A DNA stretch of 64,000 nt from the human T2T-CHM13v2.0 reference genome, Homo sapiens. Shown one piece after another: positions 11,856 to 26,300 of the stretch (position 1 is its first letter; the number at the start of each line of letters is the position of its first letter). Location of the stretch: the NCBI RefSeq assembly GCF_009914755.1, contig NC_060927.1, one strand, 5' to 3'. The notes under the pieces are model-generated. The model saw only the letters and a list, made by a program, of their open reading frames with translations. It had not been told where the DNA came from and ran no database searches. The position numbers and the translations under genes were made by a program.

Positions 11856-13919
11856 TTTATTTTATGTCTTTCATTTAAAATGACATCTTTCAAATATGGA
11901 AAAATTGAGAGAGATCTGATAAACATAATGTCCAATATAAGCATGAGTAGAAATAATATAGGTTAGTATAAAGAAATGTGGTGAATTACATATAATTAGT
12001 TTTATTTTAAAATATCTAGTTCAATGCTACAGTTGAAATGACTCCTTCTAGTTCAGATGAGAGGTTCTACTCAAACTAGATGTAAAAGCAATGTGAGCTT
12101 AACTCCTCTGATAAAGCAAAATTGATGTCATCAAGTATTATGTGGCTCTATTTATCTCCGTGGAATGACTCATATTTTAAAATATTTCCTTTACTGACCT
12201 CAGTAAGGAACAGTTGATCATTTTCTCCTTCATCACTCACTTTAAAGAGGGCCTTCTGGGTACTCTCCTGAGTTGCTAGTGCTTGACAGTCTGAGAAAAC
12301 AGCAAAAAGACATACTGATATCCAGTTTTTCCGTAAGTATATAGCCTTAAGTAGCCAATTAACTGAAATCACCACTACTGGATTAATTTCTTACGCTTAA
12401 GGTATTTTCTCCAAAGAGAGCTTGTTCAAATAAATATATATTTCAAGATATGAAAGAAACATGAAATAATTAAAAAGTCTTAAGTGGCAAGTTTCACATC
12501 GAAAGAAGACTTGGATATTTTCTATATTCTCCTTGGAGATAGGGAAGAATACACTGACAAAAATTTGAAAGAAACATCTTATGCTCTCATTGCTGGATGG
12601 AAAAAGAACCATAAAACTAATATTTTCATATCCTTAAGAAAAAGGAAAAGAAAAGTGGGTTAACAAGAGAATTAGTATTTATCTGTCACGAACTCCAAAT
12701 AAAGGATTTTATATACTTTCTAATTGATGTACTATCTCATTTCTGTATCCACAGCATTTCTAAGAAAAACTTATGGTCCTCAATATACAGAAAAAGAATT
12801 TGTACCTTCTAAATTCATTTGCTTACTAAGGCAAGAATTGGCAGAATTCTGATTTCTGTTATTTCTACTACATAAGCTCCTCCAATGTCTATATCTTCTA
12901 GCTGTATCCAGGAAACTCAAATCTTAGTTGTGAGAACTGGTTAACTATAGAAAATACACTTGTGGTTTCTGAAAAGACTATAAATGTAATCTGAGATTCT
13001 ATTTCATAAAAGCAAGAAAAGGAAAGCAAATAAAACAAAAAGACAGACAACTGAGAATAATAGTGGAAAAATGTACTGTTGGACCATTGTCAGATCAGGA
13101 GATTATATTCTATCATATTTTTTCTTTATGATTTTTATATATATAAATTAAATATATATGTGATATTAAAACATATCTCAGTAGTTTGGAGATAATTTTC
13201 TAAAGAATGAAAGAATTATGGTCTCTGGTATAGCTTCAACACACTTAACTGAACAGACTCTTACATTTGGTATATAAACCTGTGTTATCATCTAGTGGTA
13301 AAGTGTTAGAAATACAGACACAGACTCCCTGAATCCCCAGAAGAAGCTAATTCATGAATCCAGAAAATACAGCATATCATACAAACAATGTGGTCTAATT
13401 GCATTCAGCTTGGTTCTCAAATATATACAGATAAAGTTGGATCACAGTGGAGCTTGATAAAAGCTTAAGTCTGTGCATTTAATGTTCCGCGGAGGTGCGA
13501 ATAATGCTACCTTCAGAGCTGGGTGGGAAAAGTTTTATTATTTTTATTTAAATTGTAAACAATAGTTAAGAAATAGCTTTCCTGATTAAGCACTGGAAAA
13601 CCACAAAGCCTATGAAATATTGATGCCAAAAAACATGCCCAAAAATGAAAGTGGGAAATTAAAAATAATAGACTATTACTTAGATACAAGTGCTATTCTT
13701 TCCTAAGAAGAGGAAAACACTGCCAACATGGTATAATAGACTTGGTCTTTCTCCTGGTATTTCCCTAAAATTCTGATGAGAAGGAACACTGATAAGATGC
13801 AAAAATATCAGAAGGTACACTGTGGCACATAAGTCCATGAATGCAGTTTCTTTTGGATCAGGAATGAATATAAGAGACTAAGATAGGAAATGGGTACATT
13901 ATCAATCCTTCCCACACAC

Positions 13920-14230
13920 ATTCTTTCAGCACATGTCATATCAGTCTCTCTATAAGTTACAAGAGCTAAAGCAAATAAGTAAAGATCTAATGGGGGAAGA
14001 ATTGACATACAATTACAATCCAAAATAAATGGCATGATAAAGACCTGCACAACGTCTGTGAGCAACAAAGAAAGAGTAAAAAACTGAAATTGGGAGCAAA
14101 GAGAAGCTTATGAAAGAGGTACTAATTGAACTTGGCATTGAATTATGAGTAAGGACTTAACAGCTATCTGAGATGGAGAAGATCAGAGGCCTAGAAACAT
14201 TAAAAAAGCTGCTCTGCTTGAAAAACAGTA
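13920..14230 (-). mobile_element. Degraded L2 fragment
   Basis: Purine-rich reverse L2-like text ('gagaagcttatgaaagaggtactaattgaacttggcattgaattatgagta'). Confidence 0.4.
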
Positions 14231-14459
14231 AGAAGCTTGAAGACGGCAAGCTCATGCGTGATGTTGCAGTAGAAAATCCTGGGCAGTCAGAGAGTCATAG
14301 GTGATGTGCAATAGGTGGAATGTGGAAATGACTAACAGAGAAGATATTTAGGGAGCAAGAAGTCCATCTAAAACACAAGCTATTGACTTATTGTACGGTT
14401 TGTTTTGATATTTTTGTAATTTTATTTGTCATCAATTTAAAGGGACAAACTTTTAGAAG

Positions 14460-14640
14460 TTAAACTCCTTGGAAACATTTTGTCTATTTTGGTCAGTGCT
14501 TAATTCCTCAATGCTTAGAAAAGTACCTGGCACATAGCAGCAGCTGAATGAATATGTAAATATTTGTAAATGAAAACTTAAAAACATTCAGTAAATATTT
14601 ATTGAGCCCTTGATGTGTGCTGGCACTGTAACATATATTA
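14460..14640. mobile_element. Two L2 3' ends, tail-to-tail
   Basis: 'tacctggcacatagcag...tgaatgaat' (+) followed by 'cattcagtaaatatttattgagccc...gtgctggcactg' (-). Confidence 0.6.
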
Positions 14641-14736
14641 GGCATGTTGACCTTTTGCCCAAGAAGATTAAGTTAAAGATAAATTATAACTGGTAACAAA
14701 CATGCTTTCTCAAATGCCTGGGAAATCTACCAGAAG

Positions 14737-15053
14737 GGCCCTATTCAATATAGTAGCCAATAACCACATGAGGCTCTTGATCACTTGAAATGTGTCTATT
14801 CCAATTTGAGACGTGCCGTAAGTATAAAAGTCACACAAGATTTTGAAAGCTTGGTGCAAACAAAGAGAATAAAAATATCTCAGCAAACTATTTTGTATTG
14901 ATTGCATGTGGAAATGATAATATTAAATGTACTGTCTTAAATAAAATATCTCATTAAAAGTAATTTACCCCTTTCTTTTTACTATATATGTGGTTGCTAA
15001 AAAAATGTAAAATTACATACATACCTTGCTTTATATTTCTACCAGACAGTGCT
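14737..15053 (-). mobile_element. MER33 hAT-Charlie MITE
   Basis: 'caatatagtagccaataaccacatgaggctcttgatcacttgaaatgtg' through 'atatttctaccagacagtgct'. Confidence 0.85.
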
Positions 15054-15993
15054 CTGCTAAAAATCAAGGATTGAACTATTATTCTCAAAGTATGGGTTGA
15101 AAAGCCTCTTTACATTTAATTTTCAGACTATATTAATTTTGAATGCTGAGGCTACAGATGAATTTGCTAAACAATTTGAGTGACTTAAGTGAGTTGTACA
15201 ATTAAGAACAACTGTACTCAATTCTATAGGAAGTAACCTAATTCAATACTTGATGATTCAGGCACAGATATAGAGAACCAATCTTGAGCCTTCACAAAGC
15301 TTAAGATTTCTTGCTGACTGGAGGGAAAGTAAGAAACTTTCAATAGCTTTTTCTGCAGGTATTCAGATTTGACCTAGTGCCCCAGTTTATAAATGGAATC
15401 AATTTCTTTGTGAAGTTCCACTACTTTCTGGATGCAGGAAAATAGCGCAAGCACTGAAATGGCAGAATTGGAGAATATGATCTACGCTGCTAGACTTCTC
15501 TGTCAGAGCTGTATGATTGTGACCCCGTGTGTGCTTCCTGATGGAAAATGTTTTCCCCTGGGCCAACTCTGCTGCCAGAAATTTCAGAATACTATTTGAG
15601 GTGTGTGCATTCATGTGAAATAGCAGTATTGTGAAAATTCAACTTGGAAATTCTATGCATTATGGAACCAGTAATCAAATAGATGAGGAAGAAATGGGGA
15701 TGCTGGAGCATGGCTAACAGCAGGGTTGGCTGGACAATGTTATTCTGGTCTAGAAAAGTTATGAAGGAGCTTTATCTAGGATGAACAAATAACTGTTTAA
15801 AGAGGGTGTAGACTCACTCAAGGCATTTGCAAGAGAGAAGGAATCAGAAATCCAACAAATTGCAATGTAACATGAGAAAAAATATTGGTAGATGATCTAG
15901 TTCTTAAAACTCTTCCTGTCAGTGCAAAAATTGAGTTCACACATGGTCAACATTCAATCTGAATTTCAGGCAGGAAATTCACTGTTGGTTCAC

Positions 15994-16160
15994 TGTAGTT
16001 ATTAATGGTATTTGCCAAATAGTCCCAGTTCTCTCCACTTCCTGACACATAATAGGATTTTATTTCCTGGCAATCTTGTGGTTTGATGGAAACATGTGAT
16101 TAACTGTATCCAACAATTTGTGTGTATTAGTCCCTTTTGAGAGAGAGCATTTTATTATCA
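15994..16160 (+). mobile_element. MLT1I-like MaLR LTR fragment
   Basis: 'tgtagttattaatggtatttgccaaatag...ctctccacttcctgacacataataggatt'. Confidence 0.6.
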
Positions 16161-17052
16161 ATTGAAGCTTGTCAATACTACGTGGAATCTAAGATCCACA
16201 ATAAGCTGAGTCACATTGATTACACTACCTTTGACATAATAAGTAGAAGCTAACCAGAATTAGCCTTTCCATCTAACTTATTTATTATAGGGTTATTTGA
16301 CATAACAAAAATCTATTTAATATAAAAGTTATTCAATATAAAAAGCTACCCAATCAACCAGACTAAAATTTTTCCATCTACACACAAACACATATATTCT
16401 TTTGGACTAGAAGTAAGGGGAATACAGGGACTTAACCTGTAGGGTTTATTCCCACAGTCCCTCAACCAGTGGTAAAGTTTCCTGATAGGTATTTATCCTC
16501 TCTCTTTCTCTGATAGATGCCTACACTGCCACCATGAATTGAATTCAGTATGAGGGCTCTCATCTGAATGATACCCAGGGTTCTGGGCTTTTTCAAATAC
16601 TAGGAGAGTGTGGACAGAGCATTCTCATCTGCAGTGGGAGTAAGAGCCATCCATCCAAGAAAGCCCAAGGTTTATATAGCTGTAGTGAGAATTTCCATTT
16701 CTGTGATTTTTCCCCTAAAGTTGGTGTTATTTCCTTGCTATGACTAGCTATTGCAAAATAGTTGGTATAATGTGTTGATCTGATATTTAATTCATGTACA
16801 TCTAGCTTTGTGACCCCACCTTTCTGGTGGTAGATTTTAGCGATAATCAAATTACGCAAAACTCATATATTGACACTAATAAAATGATATTCCCTTATAT
16901 GGGACTTCATAACATTTTAGACCCTTGTATACATTGAGGATAGTTCTAGAGCTCTCTTTTTCCTGTGGCATAATAATCTTCAAAGTTCAAGACAGTGGCT
17001 TCTCCATCAGCTTTGGTCTCTGATCGACTACAGTTAAACATTTCTGTCATTA

Positions 17053-17632
<580 letters not shown>

Positions 17633-17691
17633 ATGACATTTTCTTTTTGTCTCCAGTTATAGATTTTCCATTTGGTTCTTTTTTTGTATTT

Positions 17692-19332
17692 TTCTTTTTT
17701 TTTTAATTTTTAATTTTGAATTTTAGTGGGTACATAGGTATATATTTCTCTGAGTACATAAGATGTTTTGATACAGGCATGCAATGTGTAATAATCACAT
17801 CATGGAGAATGGAGTATCCATCCCCTCAAGCATTTATCCTTTGTTCTACAAAAAATCCAATTACATTCTTTTAGTTATTTTAAAATGCATAATTAAATTA
17901 TCATTAACTAGAGTCACCCTGTTGTGCTATCAAATATTAGGGCTTATTCATTCTTTCTAACTAATCTTTTTATACCCATTAACCATCCCCACCTTCTCCC
18001 ACCCCCACTACCCTTTCTAGCCTCTGGTAATCATCCTTCTCTCTATTTCCATGAGTTCAATTGCTTTGATTTTTAGATCCCACAAATAAGTGAGAAAATG
18101 TGATATTTGTCATTCTGTGCCTGGCTCATTTCACTTAATATAATGATTTCCAGTTCCAGCCATGTTGTTGCAAATGACAGGATTTTATTCTTTTATATGT
18201 CTGAATAGTACTCCATTGTGTACAGGTACAACTTTTTTTTATCCATTCATCTGTTGAAGAACACTAGGTGGCTTCCAAATCTTGGCTATTGTGAAGGGTG
18301 CTGCAACACACATGGAAGTTCAGTTATCTCTTTGATATGTCGATTTTCTTTCTTTTGGGTATGTACGCAGTAGTGGGATTGCTGGGTCATATGGTAGCTC
18401 TATTTTTAGTTTTTTTGAGAAACTTTCAAGCTGTTCTCCATAATGGTTTTACTAATAAACATTCCCACCAACAGTGTACCAGGGTTCCCTTTTCTTCACA
18501 CCCTCCCCAGTGTTTGTCATGGCCTGTCTTTTCTATGTAAACCATTTTAACTGGGTTAAGATAACATCTCATTGTAGTTTTGATTTGCATTTCTGATGAT
18601 CAATTATGTTCAGTACCTTTTCTTATGCCTGTTTGCCATTTTTATGTCTTCTTTTGAGAAATATCCATTCAAATCTTTTGCCCACTGTTTGACTGGATTA
18701 TTAGATTTATTTCTAGTATAGTTGTTTGAGCACCTTAGATATTCTGTCCTTGTCAGATGGATAGCTTGCAAATATTTTCTCCCATTCTGTGGGTTGTCTC
18801 TTCACTTTGTTGATTGTTTTCTTTGCTGTACAGAAGCTTTAACTTGGTGTGATTTCATTTGTACATCTACTCAAGAAAATTTTGTCCAGACCAATGGTCT
18901 GGAGATTTTCCCCAATGTTTCTTGCAGTAGTTTCCTAGTTTGGGGTCTTTGATTTAGGTCTTTAATCCATCTTGATTTTTGTATACAGTAAGAGGCAGGG
19001 GTCTAGTTTTATTCTTCAGCATATAGATATCCAGTTTTTTCAGCATCATCTATTAAAGAGATTGTTTTTTCCCCAGTGTTTGTCCTTGACATCTTTGTCA
19101 AAAATGATTTCAGTGTAGGGGTGTGGATTTTTTTCTGGGTTCTCTAGGCTGTGCCTTGGTCTATGTGTCTGTTTTTATTCCAGTACCATTTTGTTTTGGT
19201 TACTGTAACTCCAAGGTATGATTTAAAGTCAGGTAATGTGATTCTTCCAGTTTTATTCTTTTTGCTTAGGATAGTTTTGGCTATTCTGGGTCTTTTGTCA
19301 TTCCATATAAATTTTAGGATTGTGTTTTGTAT
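17692..19332 (-). mobile_element. L1MA (L1MA2-like) 3' ~1.6 kb
   Basis: 'gatacaggcatgcaatgtgtaataatcacatcatggagaatggagtatccatcccctcaagc' 3'UTR, then antisense ORF2 to 'ccatataaattttaggatt'. Confidence 0.92.
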
Positions 19333-19647
19333 TCTAAATTCTCTTTCAATGTAAGACCTCTATATGCTAACTAGCATTTGAATAGTGGTAAAGTTAAAGT
19401 GATGTTGAAGCTGTTCCTTAGCTTTCCAGTTAGATGATGTGGCCATCAAATGAAATAGAGATTATGAAATAAGGGGGAAGTTGTGTCCTGCTGTTGTCTC
19501 ACTGAATAGAATAAGTAATTTGCACGACTCGTTAAAAAATACGGGTATCTTTCCCCTACATTGCATTTAGGAATGAAATTTCCCATTTACATCTTAGGTA
19601 TTGTACTCAGTCTCCTTTTCTTCCCCAATACATAAATGCCTATATGA

Positions 19648-20009
<362 letters not shown>

Positions 20010-20495
20010 CCCCTTCTCATATAATTCTTGAAAATCGCTCACCCCTCTCTGCCCTGTCAGCAAATGTTAAATTTTAATTCTGAAGACCCACTGTATTTTG
20101 CCTCATATTACTTTTTTTCTGCCAAGGCTGCATAGCAAGAACACAGACTCTTGCCCCAGCATCTGTTTTACTTTCTGTTTTTTCCTTTGACACCATTAGC
20201 TTTCTGTCTTTACACTTATTCTTGAATTTAGGAGAAGATCGCCCCCTGAGCCAGTCACTGTGCATTTGTTGGTACAAAATTGGATGTTCTTTCTGCTCTA
20301 TTTCACTTTTCACAGCATTTTTGCTCGGGTAATCCTATCCCTGTGTTGCCCAACTTGAAGTCTGAGTAATACATAGTCTATAGTCTAACAATATTTTGAT
20401 TTTTAACTATGATCTAGCATTTTAGTAAGCGTTTAGCTAGGGTCTATATTTGGTCAACAGAAAGAAAGATGCTTAAATTATTTTCCTGGAAATTC

Positions 20496-20605
20496 TTCAT
20501 TCATTCATTCAACAATAGTAGTTTACTTACTAAATACCTAACAGTAAAGGAGGTGTTCAAGAAGAAAAAAGAAAATTGTCCCTCAATGAATTTACAGTCT
20601 AGTTG
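20496..20605 (-). mobile_element. L2 3' end
   Basis: 'ttcattcattcattcaaca' tail and 'gtccctcaatgaatttacagtctag'. Confidence 0.6.
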
Positions 20606-21066
20606 AATAAAAAAGAATAGTCTATTTATTGTTTTAGTTTCATTTTATTAAAAATACTTCAATTCCCTTTTTTTTCACCTTTAGATCAAATGAATTCAAC
20701 AACCACCTAACATATTTGGACTATGTACAGAGTCAATCTAAAAACATAAGATTTTAATGAAGAACATTCTAATAGTAATTATTAAAGTAAAAACTCTGTT
20801 TTCTTTATATCTTTATTTAATTTTCTTTAGGTAGAAATCTAATTTTGAATATTTGCCAATTTAATATGTAGTTAAATAAAAATCTACTCATGACTTCTTA
20901 AGTTCAGGACTCCACTGGGTGTACAAATGAATAATTGAGGGAATTTACAAAGAATTCAAAGAAGAAAATAACCATTTGGATTTATTAATTTTATTGCCAT
21001 CAAAGTTTACTTCAATTCTCAACTTAATTGTCCTATGGGTATCTATCCTTTTTTGCTTTTACATGC

Positions 21067-21068
<2 letters not shown>

Positions 21069-21102
<34 letters not shown>
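21069..21102. repeat. (CA)17 microsatellite
   Basis: Direct reading. Confidence 0.98.
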
Positions 21103-21104
<2 letters not shown>

Positions 21105-22227
21105 ACTCATATATCATGAACATCCACACGTTTCAATTTAATCCAATAGAAAACTCTCATTCACCAAAAGCTTTCTTTGATTTCCATAGCTTTGAAGGCC
21201 TCCTCAGATCTATTTTCCCGCTGTCCTATTTTCTTTCAGTTTTATCCTTAAGAAAGCCTCTCTGTGATTTGAAACATTTTCCACTGTTACTGCAGTGGTT
21301 AATTTTTTATCATATTTATACCAATAATATGATGCATTTAAGCACTCTGCTGTGTTTTGATAAGATTCCATGGGGGTCTAGGCATTTCCAGCTCTATAAA
21401 AATGTTCAAAAAATAAAGCATGAGGGCAAAACTAAATGCCCTGCTGACCAAAAGAGTTCAGAAGACACGGTCGAATCCTGATCTATAGAAGCATTTTCTG
21501 AGGATGAGAGCCACACAGAGGACTTCATTAACTTCCAAACACTCCAAAATGAAAAATGGGAAGAAAGTATCTTGGAAAGATTGGACAGCAAGACGACACA
21601 CTAAATAGCATACACATTATGATAAGTAAAGGGGGTTGTTTGATTTAAGGAGTATTGATTTCACTTTCCTTTTTAATGAAAATGGAGAATAAACTGGTAG
21701 TTTCAAGAGAGGAAAATAAAGTATTATATTTTTACCAGATATTGACCACTTATGCTTGCTTACTCATGCCTTCTAGCCCTCTAAGTTTCAACATGAAGAG
21801 AGAGGGAAAAACACTCTTCTCAGACTATAATGAACAAAGAAAAAAGAGGAATAATGTAATTCTTCTTAAAATTTCAGAAAAAAAAGTAACAATTGAAGCT
21901 TATCGTCCTGCCCAAATATAATCTGTAAGAATAAATTATAGTTAGTGAGTCTTGCAGCATACACAGGACACAGGATGTTGTAATTTTTATAATATTATCT
22001 TGATATATCATTAGTGATTTAGCAATTCTAAATGTTAAATTCCTCACTTGCCCTTGGAGGTCATGCTATAAGCTATTTGAAAAGTAGTTTATTCGGATAT
22101 GTTAGGAAATGTGAGTTCAACAATGAATAACTTTTAAAAATATTTTATCATAAAGGAACAGAGAAATATCAACTGCAGAGCAGAGAAATATTCTATTTTC
22201 TACCACCTTTGCCAGGATAAAGACTAT

Positions 22228-22646
22228 TTTTTAAATAATTAATTAGGAGGCCATTAGACTGAGGTGGCTCCAGTACCCTGGGTTTATATGTAAGCAAACC
22301 AAATCCAATTCAATGTAAACAGTCATTTTCTAGGCCAATCAGAAACTGCCACCTAACTCCTAAGGAATTTCCACTCCTGAAGCTGAACCAATTAGAAACT
22401 GCAAATTAACCTCTAAGTAGGAACTTTTCCCTGGAGTGCTCCCAATAAGGCTACTGGTCCTCTTTAGTCAATCAAAAATTTTCTTTCTTGTTCTGATTCT
22501 GCAGAGACCTATTAAAGCCTTCCCTCTGTGGCCCTTTATTAGATCCCCAAACCCTCTGTGGTCTGGAGCTACACAATTCATGAATCACTGTCTGTTCAAA
22601 TAAACTATTTAAAATTTCTATGTGCCTTAGTTTATGTTTTGGAACT
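22228..22646 (+). mobile_element. ERV LTR (LTR47-like)
   Basis: 'aaataattaattaggaggccattagactgaggtggctccagtaccctgggt...aagcaaacc'; repeated ccaat(c/t)agaaactgc; aataaa near 22609. Confidence 0.65.
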
Positions 22647-22844
22647 GCCTAAAGGTCATTTCTCATGTCTAAAATTTGGCTGTGTCTTATACTAATTGAG
22701 GTAAATAAAAGATAGAACATTCCTAACATCAAAATAATAAGTAAATAAATAAATAAATAACAACTAAAAACTTCTCAGGACCAATTACATGACTACATTA
22801 GGTAAAATAATTTTGTTTACTATTATTTTAACCCAAATCACTAA

Positions 22845-22975
22845 TTAAAAAAAAAATTAGAGATGGGCTCTTGCTATGTTGCCCAGGCCATCTTCAAACT
22901 CCTGTGCCCAAGTAATCCCTCCACCTCAGCCTTTAGAATAGCTGTGATTACAGGTGTATGCCATCATGCCTGGCT
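22845..22975 (-). mobile_element. FLAM (free left Alu monomer)
   Basis: 'agagatgggctcttgctatgttgcccaggc...caggtgtatgccatcatgcctggc'; TSD ccaaatc(a/c)ctaa at 22833-22844 and 22978-22989. Confidence 0.85.
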
Positions 22976-23871
22976 TTCCAAATCCCTAAATTTTAAGTGT
23001 CAGTTTTCTGATTTATTTTTCAACTGGTGACAGAACTTTTTAATGTATTGGGATAGTTTTGATCAGCATTCCAACTACCCACATAACAGAAGAGGCCCCT
23101 GGATGCACATCTTTTGTATTTCTCTTGACACTGTATGCACCAGAGACTTTATGGCATCAGAGGCTGTGCCACAGAAAGTCACTCAAAATTGGCTCGAATT
23201 TTCTTTTCACTCTTATTAATGGAAAGTAACACATCATACTATTAACATAATTAATTTGACCTAAAAGCTATATACAAAACTTTCTTAACAGAGGGAAATT
23301 ATTTCTTTAAATATACTCAAACTAAACTTTAAATAGATATGCTTCATTACAACTCAAGAAAGAAAAATGAGGCTAAATTAAATTTGAATGAAGCTAATGT
23401 AAATTTGAAGTTATTACCTCTTTCCTTTTAACATGTTAGGTGGATTCTGACAACAAAGACATTCAGACTTACAATTTAGTTATGTAAAATACTAATGACA
23501 ATTACCTTGGAAACAGTTACAGTTTCTCAGAAATCTACTTATGAAATCAAAACACAAATACAATCATAACATTCTCTCTTACAATAGAAGCACAGGAAGC
23601 AATAAATGGTTGGGTCTGGAAATAAACTATCTATAATTTTGGTAGATGTGCATTTCTACCCCTCAGTTATTGACCTATCACCAGGGAGAGAAAGGTCAAG
23701 TCCGTATTCAACTCACTCCACCTGCTACAACTTGCCAATGGATTAAAAAAAGGAAAATGTAAGAATTAATGTGGAGAAGTATAATATTTCAAAGGAAATA
23801 TCAATGAGCCAGTATCCAAGTTTTTAAGTTAAATTCAGATGTTCATTGAGCCAATGACATTGTTATTTGGA

Positions 23872-23906
23872 GTGTGTGTGTGTGAGTGTGTGTGTGTTTG
23901 TGTGTG
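23872..23906. repeat. Interrupted (TG)n microsatellite
   Basis: Direct reading. Confidence 0.9.
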
Positions 23907-24954
23907 AGTCTCAACAAATAGGTCAAACAGAGGGCTATGGAAACTGGAAATTGCTAGCAGTCATTAGGCCACACTTGAAAAACAACTTTTCGGTAAAAAA
24001 AAAAAAAAAAAAATCCACAAATGAAAGAAATCAACTAATTGATCATCTTTGATCAAGATTTAGGGCTATAAATTTGCTCATAAGTATTTAAACTAATTGT
24101 GAGCAAAAGACTTGAATGCATTATGACAATTAGACTATGCCTTAAAACTGTAGAATCAGACAACCTTGACACTTGTTTCACTTGAACTATTGAGTCATTT
24201 CAGTTGCAAATATTCCCAAAAGAAGAAAAATTAATATTCTGTGGAGTTGCATGCAATATGGAAGCCCTCTGAACTACCTGAAGGGTTCAAGGCAGGTTTA
24301 GCCCTTCTGGTCTCTGACTGTGTCTACAAAAGCAAAGTGAAGTGAAGAAGTAAAGCAATTATCCTGATTAACCAAGCAAAAAATAATTCCCTGCAAGTCA
24401 GTAACAGGCAATTGGTGAAGCATGAATTATCCAGATTTACTATACTATATATGTTGGTCAACTCGTCAAACAACACTATTTTACCTTACATTGTTTGTGT
24501 AGACAATTTTAAAAACTTAATAATATTGTGAAAGGTAGCTAACCTCGACCCTTAAGTGTGCCTACATTTCTTTTCATAACATGGAGATGAAGGAAAGGTT
24601 TATTTCAGGAGACCTAGCACATACTGAAATACAATGAAGATGAAGGAGCATTCCAATATTATGAATTGAGAATGCTATGTCTCTAATGACCACATAGTCT
24701 TCATAAGCACCCTAGGCTAGAAGGGAATATGAAGCTAGGTCAACAATAGAGCAGAGGCCATGGATAAATCAGTGATGTATATTTCACTTCAACCTCAGAA
24801 AACTCACACTTATGTAGGGGAGCCTAACCAAATAAAGTAACCAAAGACGAGGAGATAAAATAAATTCGAGTTTTGAATATGTTCCATTGGAACCAGATGA
24901 AAGGTTGAGTACAGAGAGATCTACTGTAGGGTAGTTAGTGAATTCCCCCTGAGA

Positions 24955-25538
24955 TGAATTAAGTATTTCAAATTGTCCATAACAAATGACCACAAATCGA
25001 GTAGCTTAATGCAACACCATTTATGCAATCCTGAGTCAGGAATCTGGGATCTGCTTAGTTTTGTTCTTTTAATTTAGGGTATCTCACAAGACTGTAATCA
25101 AGGTTTCAGCCAGAGCGAGGGTCCCATCTGGAAACTCGACTGAGAAAGGAATTTCTTCCAAGTTCGTTTACGTGGTTGCTTACAAGATAAGGTTACATTT
25201 GAGTTATTGGACTGAGGGCTTCAGCCAACGGCTGCTGGCCAGGGGCTGCCCCAGGCCCTTCCCACATGGAAATGCAAACATAGCAACTTATTTCATCAAA
25301 GCCAGCAAGAGAGAGAACCTGCTAGCGAGACCAAAGTCAGACCTTTGTAATCTCATTGCAGCAGTGACAAACTCTCTGGGTTGAGATATGCTATTGGCTA
25401 CAAGAAAGTTACTAAAAGGAAGGAGATAACACAAGGCCATGCACACCAGAAGGCAGGGATCATGTGGGGCCATATTAGACACAGTTTACCACAGAAGGCA
25501 GGGATCATGTGGGGCCATATCAGGCACAGTTTACCACA
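24955..25538 (-). mobile_element. MLT1F-like MaLR LTR with duplicated 5' terminus
   Basis: 'ataacaaatgaccacaaatcgagtagctta', 'ttcatcaaagccagcaagagagag', end 'ggcagggatcatgtggggccatattagacacagtttaccaca' present twice. Confidence 0.8.
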
Positions 25539-25542
25539 GAAG
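25447..25542. repeat. 45-bp tandem duplication (2.1 copies)
   Basis: Units 25447-25491 and 25492-25536 differ at 2 positions. Confidence 0.95.
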
Positions 25543-26300
25543 ATGTCACCTAAACCTAGCCCTTGGAAAAGTAAGGGAAAGAGAATGCCAGGCAACAGTA
25601 AATGCCGAAGGCCTGAGATTAAAAAAAAAAAAAAAAAAAAAAAAATTAAAAGCTCTTTAGTGTTCAAGAAATTGAAATAAGACAGAATAATAGAAAATTA
25701 TAAATGACGAGGAAAGTGTTAAAAGATGAATTGGAGAGATAAGCTGAAGTCAGGCCATGAAAATCCTCTTAGACTATGGTAAACTGTTTAGTTTTATTCT
25801 AAGTGTGAGGAAATCTATTCACAGTTTTTAGCAGAGGAGTTACATGATCTCGTTTACTTGCTAAGTGGATAACTGAGGCTGTTGTGTGAAAAATGGAAGG
25901 GATGTCACAGTAGTGGTGGTAATGAGATGGTAATGAAGACAAGATAATTGAGACTATTCTGGACTGAGTGAGGCAGTCCAGTGGCAATGGGTAAAAGAAG
26001 AAACATTCAAGCTATATCTTAGAAGTAGAACCAACCTGGCTTGAATATGACAGGTGAGGAAAAGGGAGAATTTAATTACTGCTAAATTTCTAGAATAAAC
26101 AGCATGATTGTATTATTAACTGAGATGCACAAGACTGTGGAGTGGGAATGAAAAAACAATTTGACCAGAAGAAAAATCCCAAATTGAATTTTGGAAATGT
26201 TAAATTTGATAATGTTTGTAGGACTTCCAGTGGAGATGTCAAATAGGTAGTGGGAAATAATCTGAAACTCAGACAAAAGATCATGCTGCAAATTTATCTG
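25543..26300 (-). mobile_element. L2 LINE fragment
   Basis: 'tttagttttattctaagtgtgaggaaatctatt...gcagaggagttacatgatc', 'gtggagatgtcaaataggtagtgg'. Confidence 0.75.

Noticed and set aside
15359-15600. Plus-strand exon-like segment (also acceptors near 6104 and 33867)
   Set aside because: Weak or missing donors and stops in all frames at 15359; not distinguishable from pseudo-exons without transcript data.
21035-21481. Longest ORF in the track (148 aa)
   Set aside because: It runs through a (CA)17 microsatellite (HTHTHT), has AT-driven composition and no recognisable domain.
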